A stretch of 64,000 nucleotides of DNA, taken from Rhizobiaceae bacterium. Its GTDB lineage: Bacteria > Pseudomonadota > Alphaproteobacteria > Rhizobiales > Rhizobiaceae. The stretch is from assembly GCA_025458045.1 (NCBI GenBank), contig JALOTE010000011.1:4410-68409 (forward strand). The letters run 5' to 3'. Of this stretch, positions 1 to 9,181 are shown one piece after another. Position 1 is the stretch's first letter. The number at the start of each line of letters is the position of its first letter. Below the pieces are notes generated by a model that was not told where the DNA came from, did not search any database, and saw only the letters and a program-made list of their open reading frames with translations. The translations under genes were made by a program, and so were the position numbers.

Positions 1-268
1 CTATCGGCCGGGTGAGCGCACGGCCGAATATATCGACTATGTGCTGACGCGCATCACCGTCGTGGGCGCGATCTATCTCGTCGTGATCTGCTTGTTACCC
101 GAATTTCTCATATCGGCATTCGCGGTTCCGTTCTATCTCGGAGGCACGTCGCTGCTGATCGTGGTCAGTGTCACGCTCGACACGATTTCGCAGGTTCAGG
201 GGCACTTGATCGCCCATCAATATGAGGGTCTGATCAAGAAGTCGCGGCTCCGGGGAGGAAAGAAGTGA
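1..268 (+). CDS. secY: Preprotein translocase subunit SecY, C-terminal fragment (5' end outside window)
   Basis: An open frame enters from the window edge. The peptide ...[17 protein letters not shown]...[30 protein letters not shown] looks like the last TM helices and basic tail of SecY. It lies directly upstream of adk, as in the spc operon. Confidence 0.85.
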   Translation, partial: YRPGERTAEYIDYVLTRITVVGAIYLVVICLLPEFLISAFAVPFYLGGTSLLIVVSVTLDTISQVQGHLIAHQYEGLIKKSRLRGGKK

Positions 269-270
269 CG

Positions 271-858
271 ATGAGGTTGATTCTGCTGGGGCCCCCGGGC
301 GCCGGCAAAGGCACGCAGGCTGAGCGGCTGGTGGCGGCGCACGGCATTCCGCAACTCTCCACCGGCGACATGCTGCGCGCAGCGGTTGCTGCCGGAACCG
401 AGACAGGCAAGAAGGCCAAGGCCGTCATGGATGCGGGCGAATTGGTATCCGATGCCATCGTGAATGCCATTGTCGCAGAGCGCATCGATCAGCCGGATTG
501 CGCCAAAGGGTTCATCCTTGACGGCTATCCGCGCACGTTGGTCCAGGCGGATGCCGTGGAAGACATGCTTGAATCGCGCGGCATGGCGCTCGATGCCGTG
601 ATCGAACTTGTCGTTGACGACAAGGCGCTGGTCGGACGCATCGTCAAGCGCGCCGAAGAAGCCGCCGCAGCCGGCAAGCCTGTGCGCAAGGATGACAACC
701 CGCATGTCTTCGACGAGCGGCTGCGGGAATACTACAAGAAGACGGCACCGCTGACCGGCTATTATTACGCCAAGCGCATGCTGACGACCGTCGACGGGAT
801 GGCCCCCATCGACCATGTGACCTCCCAGATCAATGCGGTGCTGAACGGAAAGGCGTGA
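271..858 (+). CDS. adk: Adenylate kinase
   Basis: The ATG at 271 gives [16 protein letters not shown] (P-loop) and the product aligns with Adk along its whole length. An in-frame GTG at 265, 5 nt after GGAGGA and overlapping the secY stop, is an alternative start. Confidence 0.95.
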   Translation: MRLILLGPPGAGKGTQAERLVAAHGIPQLSTGDMLRAAVAAGTETGKKAKAVMDAGELVSDAIVNAIVAERIDQPDCAKGFILDGYPRTLVQADAVEDMLESRGMALDAVIELVVDDKALVGRIVKRAEEAAAAGKPVRKDDNPHVFDERLREYYKKTAPLTGYYYAKRMLTTVDGMAPIDHVTSQINAVLNGKA

Positions 859-891
859 AGATCAGCTTTCCCAAAAGAGCTAATCTTTCGC

Positions 892-920
892 TTGACAGGC
901 TGGCAAGGCGGGGCTAACGA
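892..920 (+). promoter_or_regulatory. Candidate sigma-70 promoter for the rpsM-rpsK-rpoA-rplQ operon
   Basis: TTGACA (892-897), a 17-nt spacer, then TAACGA (915-920), about 140 nt upstream of the rpsM start. The -10 element is weak and the call is motif-only. Confidence 0.3.
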
Positions 921-1060
921 CCGAGCATCTTCCGACATCGGTGGACCGGCGGCCTTCACGGGGCGCTGGTCTTTTGTTTGGAGGCACCTGCAAGGGCCGG
1001 GCTCCACCGGACGCGGGGCATTTCAATCGGCGCACTCGCGCCCAGACATGGAGAACCGAC

Positions 1061-1429
1061 GTGGCACGTATCGCTGGCGTCAACATCCCGACCGCAAAAC
1101 GCGTTGTCATCGCGCTGCAGTACATCCATGGCATCGGCCCGGCCTTCGCCAAGGAAATCATCGCGAAAACCGGCATTCCGGAGGCGCGTCGTGTGTCGGA
1201 ACTGACTGACGCCGAAATTCTGAAAATTCGTGAAACCATCGACCGGGACTATCAGGTCGAGGGTGATCTGCGCCGCGAGACGCAGTTGAACATCAAGCGC
1301 CTGATGGACCTCGGCTGCTATCGCGGCCTGCGTCATCGCCGCGGCCTGCCGGTTCGCGGCCAGCGCACGCATACCAATGCCCGCACCCGCAAGGGTCCGG
1401 CAAAGGCGATTGCAGGCAAGAAGAAGTGA
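1061..1429 (+). CDS. rpsM: 30S ribosomal protein S13
   Basis: A GTG start at 1061 follows GGAGAA (1050-1055) and gives (M)[25 protein letters not shown]..., a 122-aa product. The upstream part of ORF 941..1429 has no S13 homology. Confidence 0.95.
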   Translation: MARIAGVNIPTAKRVVIALQYIHGIGPAFAKEIIAKTGIPEARRVSELTDAEILKIRETIDRDYQVEGDLRRETQLNIKRLMDLGCYRGLRHRRGLPVRGQRTHTNARTRKGPAKAIAGKKK

Positions 1430-1535
1430 TTTCCGGCATCGGGCTCTGGGCAATCGGATCGATTGCCGCTTCCCGGAGGCTTTTCATTGTGGAGCCGCTG
1501 GCATTACGGCGGTGCTGATATAGGGACTGAAAAAC

Positions 1536-1925
1536 ATGGCCAAAGAAGCCCAGCGCGTTCGCCGTCGCGAGCGCAAGAACATTTCGAGCGGCGTCGCCCA
1601 CGTCAACTCGACGTTCAACAACACGATGATCACCATCACTGACGCGCAGGGCAATGCGATTGCCTGGTCGTCCGCCGGTGCACAAGGTTTCAAAGGCTCG
1701 CGCAAATCCACGCCGTTCGCGGCGCAGGTTGCCGCCGAGGATTGCGCCAAGAAAGCGCAGGAGCATGGCGTCCAGACCCTTGATGTGGAGGTCCGCGGAC
1801 CGGGTTCCGGTCGTGAATCGGCGCTGCGCGCGCTTCAGGCGGCTGGCTTCACCATCACCGCGATCCGGGACGTGACGACCATCCCCCACAATGGCTGCCG
1901 TCCGCGCAAGCGCCGCCGCGTCTGA
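1536..1925 (+). CDS. rpsK: 30S ribosomal protein S11
   Basis: [36 protein letters not shown]...[20 protein letters not shown] is a full-length S11 signature. Confidence 0.97.
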   Translation: MAKEAQRVRRRERKNISSGVAHVNSTFNNTMITITDAQGNAIAWSSAGAQGFKGSRKSTPFAAQVAAEDCAKKAQEHGVQTLDVEVRGPGSGRESALRALQAAGFTITAIRDVTTIPHNGCRPRKRRRV

Positions 1926-2018
1926 TTTCCCGCATGTGCCGGGGCGGCTCCATGCGGTCCCATTTCTGACTGTGCCTTTTGCCACGATTGGATTGTGGCA
2001 GGAACGGAAGGGTGTTCG

Positions 2019-3029
2019 ATGATCCAGAAAAACTGGCAAGACCTGATCAAGCCTGAGAAGGTCGAATTCAAAACCGAAGGCCGCACGGTTGCGACCGTTG
2101 TCGCCGAGCCGCTTGAGCGCGGCTTCGGCCTGACGCTCGGCAACGCGCTTCGCCGCGTGCTCTTGTCGTCGCTGCGTGGCGCGGCCGTGACGGCCGTACA
2201 GATCGACGGCGTGCTGCATGAATTCTCGTCCATCCCCGGCGTGCGCGAAGATGTCACCGACATCGTCTTGAACATCAAGGAAATCGCGATCCGCATGGAA
2301 GGCGACGGGCCGAAGCGTATGGTCGTGCGCAAGCAGGGGCCGGGCACGGTCACGGCCGGCGACATCCAGACCGTGGGTGACGTCGAGATCCTCAACCCGC
2401 ACCATGTCATTTGCCAGCTTGATGATGGCGCGGAAATCCGCATGGAGCTGACCGTTGACACCGGCAAGGGCTATGTGCCGGCCGACCGCAACCGCTCTGA
2501 AGATGCGCCGATTGGCCTGATCCCTGTGGACAGCGTTTATTCGCCGGTGCGCAAGGTGTCCTACAAGATCGAGAACACCCGCGAAGGCCAGGTCCTCGAC
2601 TACGACAAGCTGACGATGCGCGTTGAAACCAATGGCGCGATTTCGGGCGAAGATGCTGTCGCTTACGCCGCGCGCATCCTTCAGGACCAGTTGCAAATCT
2701 TCGTCACCTTCGACGAACCGCAGCGCGCCAGCGCCGAGGAGCCGGTGGCTGAACTCTCGTTCAACCCGGCGCTTCTCAAGAAGGTCGATGAACTGGAACT
2801 GTCGGTGCGTTCGGCCAACTGCCTCAAGAACGACAACATTGTCTATATCGGCGATCTGATCCAGAAAACGGAAGCCGAAATGCTGCGCACGCCGAATTTC
2901 GGCCGCAAGTCATTGAACGAAATCAAAGAAGTGCTGGCCGCCATGGGCCTGCACCTCGGCATGGAAGTCACCGATTGGCCGCCCGAGAACATCGAGGATT
3001 TGGCCAAGCGGTATGAAGACCACTATTGA
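2019..3029 (+). CDS. rpoA: DNA-directed RNA polymerase subunit alpha
   Basis: The ATG at 2019 gives [15 protein letters not shown]..., and the C-terminal domain motif [21 protein letters not shown] is present. Position after rpsK fits the conserved order. Confidence 0.97.
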   Translation: MIQKNWQDLIKPEKVEFKTEGRTVATVVAEPLERGFGLTLGNALRRVLLSSLRGAAVTAVQIDGVLHEFSSIPGVREDVTDIVLNIKEIAIRMEGDGPKRMVVRKQGPGTVTAGDIQTVGDVEILNPHHVICQLDDGAEIRMELTVDTGKGYVPADRNRSEDAPIGLIPVDSVYSPVRKVSYKIENTREGQVLDYDKLTMRVETNGAISGEDAVAYAARILQDQLQIFVTFDEPQRASAEEPVAELSFNPALLKKVDELELSVRSANCLKNDNIVYIGDLIQKTEAEMLRTPNFGRKSLNEIKEVLAAMGLHLGMEVTDWPPENIEDLAKRYEDHY

Positions 3030-3081
3030 GATGAACCCGGCGCGGGCCTTAACCCCGCGCGACCATTGAAGGAGAAGGCCC

Positions 3082-3516
3082 ATGCGCCACGGTAAATCAG
3101 GCCGCAAGCTGAGCCGCACGTCCAGCCATCGCAAGGCCATGTTCGCCAACATGTCGGCTTCGCTCATCACCCATGAGCAGATTGTGACCACGCTGCCGAA
3201 GGCGAAAGAGCTGCGCCCCATCGTCGAAAAGCTGGTCACGCTCGGCAAGCGCGGCGACCTGCATGCACGGCGTCTGGTGATTTCGCAGATCCGTGACGAG
3301 AAGGCGGCAAAGCGTTTGTTCGAGACGGTTGCGCCGCGCTATTCCGAACGCAAGGGCGGTTACCTGCGGATCATGAAAGCGGGCTTCCGCCACGGTGACA
3401 ACGCGGCCATGGCCGTCATCGAGTTCGTCGACCGAGATGTTTCGGCCAAGGGTGCCGCCGATCTGGCGCGTGTCGCAGCCGAACAGGCAGCCGAAGGCGA
3501 AACCGCCGCGGCGTGA
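3082..3516 (+). CDS. rplQ: 50S ribosomal protein L17
   Basis: [24 protein letters not shown]... is the canonical L17 N-terminus. The gene follows rpoA. Confidence 0.97.
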   Translation: MRHGKSGRKLSRTSSHRKAMFANMSASLITHEQIVTTLPKAKELRPIVEKLVTLGKRGDLHARRLVISQIRDEKAAKRLFETVAPRYSERKGGYLRIMKAGFRHGDNAAMAVIEFVDRDVSAKGAADLARVAAEQAAEGETAAA

Positions 3517-3573
3517 AAAGGGCGCATGCAACTCCGGTTGCGTGATGCACCTCGTGTTCCGCAAGTCGATTGA

Positions 3574-3600
3574 GGGGCCGCATTGCGGCCCCTTCTTCGT
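3574..3600. terminator. Hairpin terminator between convergent rplQ and the HIT gene
   Basis: GGGGCCGC-att-GCGGCCCC forms an 8-bp GC stem (3574-3592), followed by TTCTTCGTTT. Confidence 0.6.
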
Positions 3601-3601
3601 T

Positions 3602-4027
3602 TCAGGCAAGCTGCGCCCTGATCTTGGCGGCATGTTCCGCCAGCACGGCGTGGTCGGCCATTGTGCCGCTGTGGCCGCCAAGCGGCACGCCATCGAAACG
3701 CGGAATGACATGGAAGTGGATGTGAAAAACGGTCTGGCCGCCGGCCGGCTCGTTGAACTGGAAGATTGTCAGCCCATCGGCGGCAAACGCGTGCTTTGCG
3801 GCCGCTGCCACGCGTTTCACAGTGCGTGTCACGGCGGCGAGGCTGTCATCTGACACGTCGAGGATCGTCCGCGCCGGGGCCTTGGGAATGACAAGGCAGT
3901 GGCCCGGCCCTTGCGGCATCACATCCATGAAGGCGAGCGTGGCTGCATCTTCAAAAACCGTGTGGTTCGGAATTTCGCCGCGCAGGATTTTGGCAAACAC
4001 ATTGCCCTCATCATAGGCCGTCATCAT
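3602..4027 (-). CDS. HIT (histidine triad) family protein
   Basis: The HIT motif HIHFHVIP and an N-terminus (M)MTAYDEGNVFAKILRGEIP are present. GGAG lies just upstream of the tandem ATGs at 4027 and 4024. Confidence 0.85.
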   Translation of the reverse strand: MMTAYDEGNVFAKILRGEIPNHTVFEDAATLAFMDVMPQGPGHCLVIPKAPARTILDVSDDSLAAVTRTVKRVAAAAKHAFAADGLTIFQFNEPAGGQTVFHIHFHVIPRFDGVPLGGHSGTMADHAVLAEHAAKIRAQLA

Positions 4028-4104
4028 TGTCTCCAGATCGCAGAAGGATTTGACCGGCTCCAACAACGGCCGTCAATGGGCGGCGGCGTGGCGGGCCCGC
4101 CAAT

Positions 4105-4524
4105 TCACATGCTGATGGCATCCGCCTTGCGCAGGGCGACGCCGGTGATCTTCCATCGGCCATCCGGCTGCTTTTGCAGGCTGTAGAGCGCAGCCCAGTT
4201 CTGGCCCTGCTGGTCGGTGATCAGCACTTCCTGATAGACTTGGCCATCATCAGCCACGCGGCTGCGGGCGTGGCTCCAGGTCTTTGGCCGGTAGACGGGC
4301 TGGTAGCCACCGCGCACCATGCCCATGAAACTTTTCACGTCAGGGAAAATCATGCGCACATTGGGCGCGGCATAGGAATAGGCTTCGTCATAGCGGTCAC
4401 CCAGAAACGCTTCGATCTGGCTGTCAATGACGCGCTGCTCATCTGTCGTGCCTGGGCCGGCAAAGGCTTTCTGGCCAACAAGCAGCGCAATGAGCATGCC
4501 AAGAATGAAGGGGAAGCGTTCCAT
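4105..4524 (-). CDS. DUF4864 domain protein with signal peptide
   Basis: The ATG at 4524 gives MERFPFILGMLIALLVGQKAFA (signal-like), then ...IEAFLGDRYDEAYSYAAPNVRMIF...GYQPVYRPK, as I recall for DUF4864. The longer ORF up to 5142 runs antisense through the GNAT gene. Confidence 0.7.
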   Translation of the reverse strand: MERFPFILGMLIALLVGQKAFAGPGTTDEQRVIDSQIEAFLGDRYDEAYSYAAPNVRMIFPDVKSFMGMVRGGYQPVYRPKTWSHARSRVADDGQVYQEVLITDQQGQNWAALYSLQKQPDGRWKITGVALRKADAISM

Positions 4525-4698
4525 GTCTGACTCTCCACTGGTTCGATGAATGTGACGCGCCGGGCCTGCGTTGCAAGGGCAACACGCGCGCCGCACACAA
4601 TCGTGAAGCCCGGCGTGAAGCGCGGCATCAACGTATTTCCGCTTCGGGCTTCGACAAATTGACTTGCACGGGGTCACGCGCTGGGCGAATTTGCACCG

Positions 4699-5202
4699 AT
4701 GGACCCCTTTTTCGTTCGCACCGCCACTCCGGACGACATTCCCGCCATTGCGGAATTGCTCGCCGAAACGTGGCGCGACACCTATGTCGAATGGTTTGGT
4801 GCCGAGAAGGTTGAAGCCATCATCGCCGACTGGCATTCGCCAGCGGCGCTGGCGCGGAAGATCGCTTTGCCGAATGGTGAGATGCTCGTGGCCGATGATG
4901 GCGCGCAGATGGGTGGCGTTGCCTTTGCCAGCATCGACCGTGACACGAAGACAGTGACGCTGCATCAGCTTTATGTGCACCCGCGCTTCCATCGTCGAGG
5001 GATCGGACAGGCTTTGTTTGCGGAAATGGAAACCTGTTTCGACGACGCAGACCGGATGGTTCTGGAGGTTGAACCTCGCAATCAAGGCGCCATCGCATTC
5101 TACGAAGCGCACGGATTTTTGCGTGGCGGCATCGCCGAGCATTGCGGCCAGGCTGGATCCGGCATGCAGGCGCTCGCAATGGAAAAGGCGTTGAATTGCT
5201 GA
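4699..5202 (+). CDS. GNAT family N-acetyltransferase
   Basis: The acetyl-CoA binding motif LYVHPRFHRRGIGQALF (Q/RxxGxG/A) and the tail AFYEAHGF are present in a 167-aa product. Confidence 0.85.
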   Translation: MDPFFVRTATPDDIPAIAELLAETWRDTYVEWFGAEKVEAIIADWHSPAALARKIALPNGEMLVADDGAQMGGVAFASIDRDTKTVTLHQLYVHPRFHRRGIGQALFAEMETCFDDADRMVLEVEPRNQGAIAFYEAHGFLRGGIAEHCGQAGSGMQALAMEKALNC

Positions 5203-5326
5203 GAACAGGGTTGGTGTCAGTCAATTTTCAATCGATTTCACCGATTTTCTGTCCGAACTTCGCTGATTTTCTCGCAATTGTCACGTAACCGGCTTACGCC
5301 TGCTTCCAGTGTGGGGAGGGGCATCG

Positions 5327-6763
5327 ATGACCATTCAGACCTTGGGAATCACAGAACCGTCGTTCCGCGACAGCGTTGACATCATGTTCCGCCGCGCGGT
5401 GCAGCGCATGGCGATTTCGCGGGGGTTGGCCGAAAAGATCCGCATCTGCAACTCCACCTATGTGGTGCGGTTCGGGGTGCGGCTGCGCGGTGACATTGTC
5501 ACTTTCACCGGCTACCGGTCGGTGCATTCCGAACATGCCGAACCGGTCAAGGGCGGCATCCGCTACGCGATGAACGTGGATCAGGACGAGGTGGAGGCAC
5601 TCGCCGCGCTGATGACCTACAAATGCGCGCTGGTTGAAGTGCCGTTCGGGGGCTCCAAAGGCGGGCTGAAGATCAACCCGCGCGAGTGGAATGCCGAGGA
5701 AATGGAGCGCATCACACGGCGCTTCGCTTATGAACTGATAAAGCGCGATCTGATCAATCCGTCGCAGAACGTGCCCGCGCCCGACATGGGCACCGGCGAG
5801 CGCGAGATGGCATGGATCGCCGACCAGTATCACCGCATGGCGACAACGGACATCAACGCGCGCGCTTGCGTAACCGGCAAACCGCTGAATGCCGGCGGCA
5901 TCAGGGGCAGGGTGGAAGCGACGGGCCGTGGCATCCAATATGTGGCGCGTGAGTTCTTCCGGCATGAGGAGGATGTGGCGCTCGCCGGACTTTCCGGTTC
6001 GCTCGCTGGCAAGAGCGTGGTTGTGCAAGGGCTTGGCAATGTGGGCTACCACGCAGCCAAGTTCCTGTCGGAGGAAGACCATTGCCGCGTGACAGCGATT
6101 GCCGAGTACAATGGCGGGATCGTCAATGATGACGGGATCGATGTGCAGGCGGCCAAGGACTGGATGGGCGCGCATGGCACGCTGGAGGGGTTTGCGGGCG
6201 CGGCTTTTGTGAAGGAGGCGGCCAGCCTGCTGGAGAAGCCGTGCGACATCCTCATCCCGGCGGCGCTGGAAGGCGTGGTCAATGCCGGAAATGCCGAGCG
6301 CGTTTCCTGCAAGTTGCTGATCGAAGCAGCCAATGGCCCGGTGACGGCATCCGCCGACGATGTGCTGCGCAAGCGTGGCATCATCGTCATCCCCGACCTG
6401 TTTGCCAATGCGGGCGGTGTGACGGTCTCATATTTCGAGTGGGTGAAGAACCTCAGCCACATTCGCTTCGGCCGCATGCAACGCCGCGAGGAGGAGGCCC
6501 GCGGCCGCATGCTGATCGACGAATTGGAGCGCACCATCGGCAAACCGCTCGGTGCCGAATTCAAGGCGCGTTTCATCAATGGCTCGGATGAACTCGCGCT
6601 CGTGCGCTCCGGCCTCGATGACACGATGCGCGGCGCCTATGGCCAGATGCGCAAGGTCTGGCATGAACGACGCACATCCGATCCTGAGGTTGACTTGCGC
6701 ATGGCGGGCTACATCATCGCCATCCAACGCGTGGCCGACAGCTATTCGGCGCTGGGGCTTTGA
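5327..6763 (+). CDS. Glu/Leu/Phe/Val dehydrogenase family protein (glutamate dehydrogenase-like)
   Basis: The catalytic-lysine region VPFGGSKGGL and the Rossmann motif VVVQGLGNVGYHAA are present. The ATG at 5327 follows GGGGAGGGG. Confidence 0.85.
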   Translation: MTIQTLGITEPSFRDSVDIMFRRAVQRMAISRGLAEKIRICNSTYVVRFGVRLRGDIVTFTGYRSVHSEHAEPVKGGIRYAMNVDQDEVEALAALMTYKCALVEVPFGGSKGGLKINPREWNAEEMERITRRFAYELIKRDLINPSQNVPAPDMGTGEREMAWIADQYHRMATTDINARACVTGKPLNAGGIRGRVEATGRGIQYVAREFFRHEEDVALAGLSGSLAGKSVVVQGLGNVGYHAAKFLSEEDHCRVTAIAEYNGGIVNDDGIDVQAAKDWMGAHGTLEGFAGAAFVKEAASLLEKPCDILIPAALEGVVNAGNAERVSCKLLIEAANGPVTASADDVLRKRGIIVIPDLFANAGGVTVSYFEWVKNLSHIRFGRMQRREEEARGRMLIDELERTIGKPLGAEFKARFINGSDELALVRSGLDDTMRGAYGQMRKVWHERRTSDPEVDLRMAGYIIAIQRVADSYSALGL

Positions 6764-6774
6764 ACGGAAACACC

Positions 6775-7413
6775 ATGAACCTCACACTTCATTTTTCGCC
6801 CGGCGCGTGCTCGCTCGTGCCGCACACGCTGCTCTTGGAAACCGGCATCGCGTTTGAGAAAGTTCTCACCAACACGGCCGACGGGACGACCAAGAGTGCC
6901 GCGTTCAAGCAGGTCAACCCCAAGGGCCGGGTGCCGGTGCTGATCATCGACGGCGCCGTGCTGACGGAGGTTCCGGCGATTTCGAGTTTCATTGCCGCGC
7001 AGCGGCCCGACTTGGCGCTGATGGGCCGTGACGCTATGGAGCAGGCGCGCGTGCTGGAATGGTTCAACTGGCTGTCGGGCACCATGCACGGGCAGGGGGT
7101 GGCGGGCATGTTCCGCCCCTACCGGTTCACCGATGATGAGCAAGCCTGGCCCGCCATCAAGGCGAAGGCGCGCGAAACGCTGGCCGACGGCCATGCGCAG
7201 ATCGAATCGCGGATCGCGGATCGCGAATGGGCGTGCGGCGACCATTTCACTGCCGCAGACCCCATGCTGCTGTTCATCTACCGCATGAGCAACCGGCTTG
7301 GCATGAACCTCCCCGAATCGCGGCCTGCATACACCGCCTGGGCCGAACGGATGGAGAAACGCCCGTCCGTCCAGGCGATGCTGAACGCCGAAGGCATCTC
7401 GATCTATGAATAG
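6775..7413 (+). CDS. Glutathione S-transferase family protein
   Basis: The N-terminal thioredoxin-like domain MNLTLHFSPGACSLVPH...NPKGRVPVL is present, with a size and C-terminal helical domain typical of GSTs. Confidence 0.8.
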   Translation: MNLTLHFSPGACSLVPHTLLLETGIAFEKVLTNTADGTTKSAAFKQVNPKGRVPVLIIDGAVLTEVPAISSFIAAQRPDLALMGRDAMEQARVLEWFNWLSGTMHGQGVAGMFRPYRFTDDEQAWPAIKAKARETLADGHAQIESRIADREWACGDHFTAADPMLLFIYRMSNRLGMNLPESRPAYTAWAERMEKRPSVQAMLNAEGISIYE

Positions 7414-7456
7414 CGCATAAAGACATTGTTATGTCTTTATGGTTTCAATGCCCGGG

Positions 7457-7486
7457 CTTGACATCGGTCAGCGACACTGACCATAT
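7457..7486 (+). promoter_or_regulatory. Candidate sigma-70 promoter of the glycine-riboswitch leader
   Basis: CTTGAC (7457-7462), an 18-nt spacer, then CCATAT (7481-7486). This is close to the rhizobial CTTGAC-N17-CTATAT consensus and lies about 12 nt upstream of the first aptamer. Confidence 0.5.
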
Positions 7487-7497
7487 GAGGCCAGACT

Positions 7498-7740
7498 TGC
7501 GGGAGAGAGCGTGGCACAGGGTTGGCACGCCGCCGAAGGAGCAACCGCCCCGGAAACTCTCAGGCAAAGGGACCGCAGTCTGATCACGGGCCGCACTCGG
7601 GACGCGGCCTGTGAGAACCACACTCCGGAAAGCGGTGCGGGCCTCAACCGGCGTTCGCGCCCACCGAAGGAGCAAGCGCGGCAGGCAGGGCAAAAGCCCG
7701 CAGGCATGGCGTGAATCTCTCAGGTTTCCGACGGAGGGGG
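7498..7740 (+). promoter_or_regulatory. Tandem glycine riboswitch (two aptamers)
   Basis: Aptamer 1 (7498-7577) reads TGCGG-GAGAG...GCCGCCGAAGGAGCAAC...CTCTCAGGCAAAGGGAC-CCGCA. Aptamer 2 (about 7607-7740) reads GTGAGAA...CCCACCGAAGGAGCAAG...TCTCTCAGGTTTCCGACGGAGG. Both cores match the conserved GGAGAG / CCGAAGGRGCAA / CUCAGG..GAC elements. Confidence 0.85.
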
Positions 7741-7794
7741 CGCGGCCTGCGGGTGTTCGCGGGCGGCCAACCCTGTCCGGTGCGGAGACCATCC

Positions 7795-9060
7795 ATGAAA
7801 ACCATCGCAGTCCTTGGCGCGGGAATCACTGGCGTCACAACGGCCTATGCCTTGCAGGAGCGCGGCTTCGCCGTCAGCCTGATCGACCGGCAGCGTTATG
7901 CCGCCATGGAAACATCCTTTGCCAATGGCGGTCAGCTATCGGCGTCCAACGCGGAAGTGTGGAACCATTTTTCGACCATCATCAAAGGTCTGAAATGGAT
8001 GCTGAAGCCCGACGCGCCGCTGCTGGTGAACCCGAAACCATCCTGGCACAAATATTCGTGGATGGCCGAGTTCGTCGCGGCCATCGGCCAGTATGAGAAG
8101 AACACGATCGAAACCACGCGGCTGGCCATCGCGTCGCGCCAGCATTTCCTCAGCTGGGCGCAGAAGGAGGGCGTGGCGTTCGACCCTGTGAAGCGCGGCA
8201 TCCTGCACATCTACCGCGACAAGAAATCCTTCCAGCATGCAGAGCGCGTGAATGCGCTCCTGAAGCAGGGCGGGTTGGAGCGCCGCGCCGTCACCAATGC
8301 CGAAATGCATGCCATCGAACCGACGCTCGCCGGAACCTATCATGGCGGCTTTTACACCGAGAGCGATTTCACCGGTGACATCCACAAATACTCCGCCGGG
8401 CTGGCAGAGGCTGTCGAACGGCGCGGCGCCCGCATGCTCTTTGAAACCGACATCCTGTCTGCCAAGGCCGAGAATGGCGGCGTGACATTGGCTTTGTCCC
8501 ATGGCGGATCTGAGCGCACCGAACAATTCGACGGGGTTGTCGTTTGCGCCGGGGTCGGCAGCCGGGATCTTGCCGCCCAGTTCGGCGACCGCGTGAACAT
8601 CTATCCGGTGAAAGGCTATTCGATCACCGTGCATTTGCCCGACGAGGAAAGCCAGCGCGGCGCGCCTATGGTCAGCCTGCTCGACGACGAGACCAAGATC
8701 GTCTCGTCGCGCCTCGGCAAGGACAGGCTGCGTGTGGCGGGCACCGCGGAGTATAATGGCTACAACCGCGACATCCGCGATGCCCGCATCCGCCCGTTGA
8801 CACGCTGGGTGCGCGAATGCTTCCCCACGGTCTCCACAGAAAATGTGGTGCCTTGGGCCGGCCTGCGCCCGATGATGCCGAACATGATGCCGCGTGTTGG
8901 CGCCGGCAAAATGCAGGGCGTGTTCTACAACACCGGTCATGGCCATTTGGGCTGGACGCTGTGTGCGGCAACCGCCGAGATAGTCGCGTCGCAGGTGCAA
9001 GCAGCCGCGCGTTCCAATTCGGGGGCGACGGCTGCGGCACTGGCGATCAAAGCGGCCTGA
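7795..9060 (+). CDS. FAD-dependent oxidoreductase, D-amino-acid dehydrogenase (DadA)-like
   Basis: The ATG at 7795 follows GGAGA and gives MKTIAVLGAGITGVTTAY (FAD fold). The product shows DadA-like blocks throughout (ETSFANGGQLS, YPVKGYSITV, WAGLRPMMP, NTGHGHLGWT) and is 421 aa. Confidence 0.85.
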   Translation: MKTIAVLGAGITGVTTAYALQERGFAVSLIDRQRYAAMETSFANGGQLSASNAEVWNHFSTIIKGLKWMLKPDAPLLVNPKPSWHKYSWMAEFVAAIGQYEKNTIETTRLAIASRQHFLSWAQKEGVAFDPVKRGILHIYRDKKSFQHAERVNALLKQGGLERRAVTNAEMHAIEPTLAGTYHGGFYTESDFTGDIHKYSAGLAEAVERRGARMLFETDILSAKAENGGVTLALSHGGSERTEQFDGVVVCAGVGSRDLAAQFGDRVNIYPVKGYSITVHLPDEESQRGAPMVSLLDDETKIVSSRLGKDRLRVAGTAEYNGYNRDIRDARIRPLTRWVRECFPTVSTENVVPWAGLRPMMPNMMPRVGAGKMQGVFYNTGHGHLGWTLCAATAEIVASQVQAAARSNSGATAAALAIKAA

Positions 9061-9075
9061 TTTGCATCATAACAG

Positions 9076-9105
9076 CGCAAGGCGGAACCACGCTTCCGCC
9101 TTGCG
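9076..9105 (+). terminator. Hairpin downstream of the dadA-like gene
   Basis: A perfect 12-bp stem CGCAAGGCGGAA / TTCCGCCTTGCG with a 6-nt loop. There is no U-tract, so it may be a factor-dependent terminator or an RNA-stabilising hairpin. Confidence 0.45.
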
Positions 9106-9181
9106 TCCGACTGGACAGCGACGGCCGCGGGCGGCATAAGCGCGTTCAGACAGGTCGCAGAACGGCCGCAGGGGATCGTCC

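Noticed and set aside
1293-2696. A 467-aa ORF on the minus strand.
   Set aside because: It lies antisense to rpsK and rpoA, which have unmistakable homology. The translation is Arg/Ala/Gly-rich with no recognisable motif, which is the usual high-GC shadow ORF.
4525-5142. The upstream 206 codons of the 345-aa minus-strand ORF 4105..5142.
   Set aside because: This part runs antisense through the GNAT gene and shows no homology. Only the last 139 codons (signal peptide plus DUF4864) look real.
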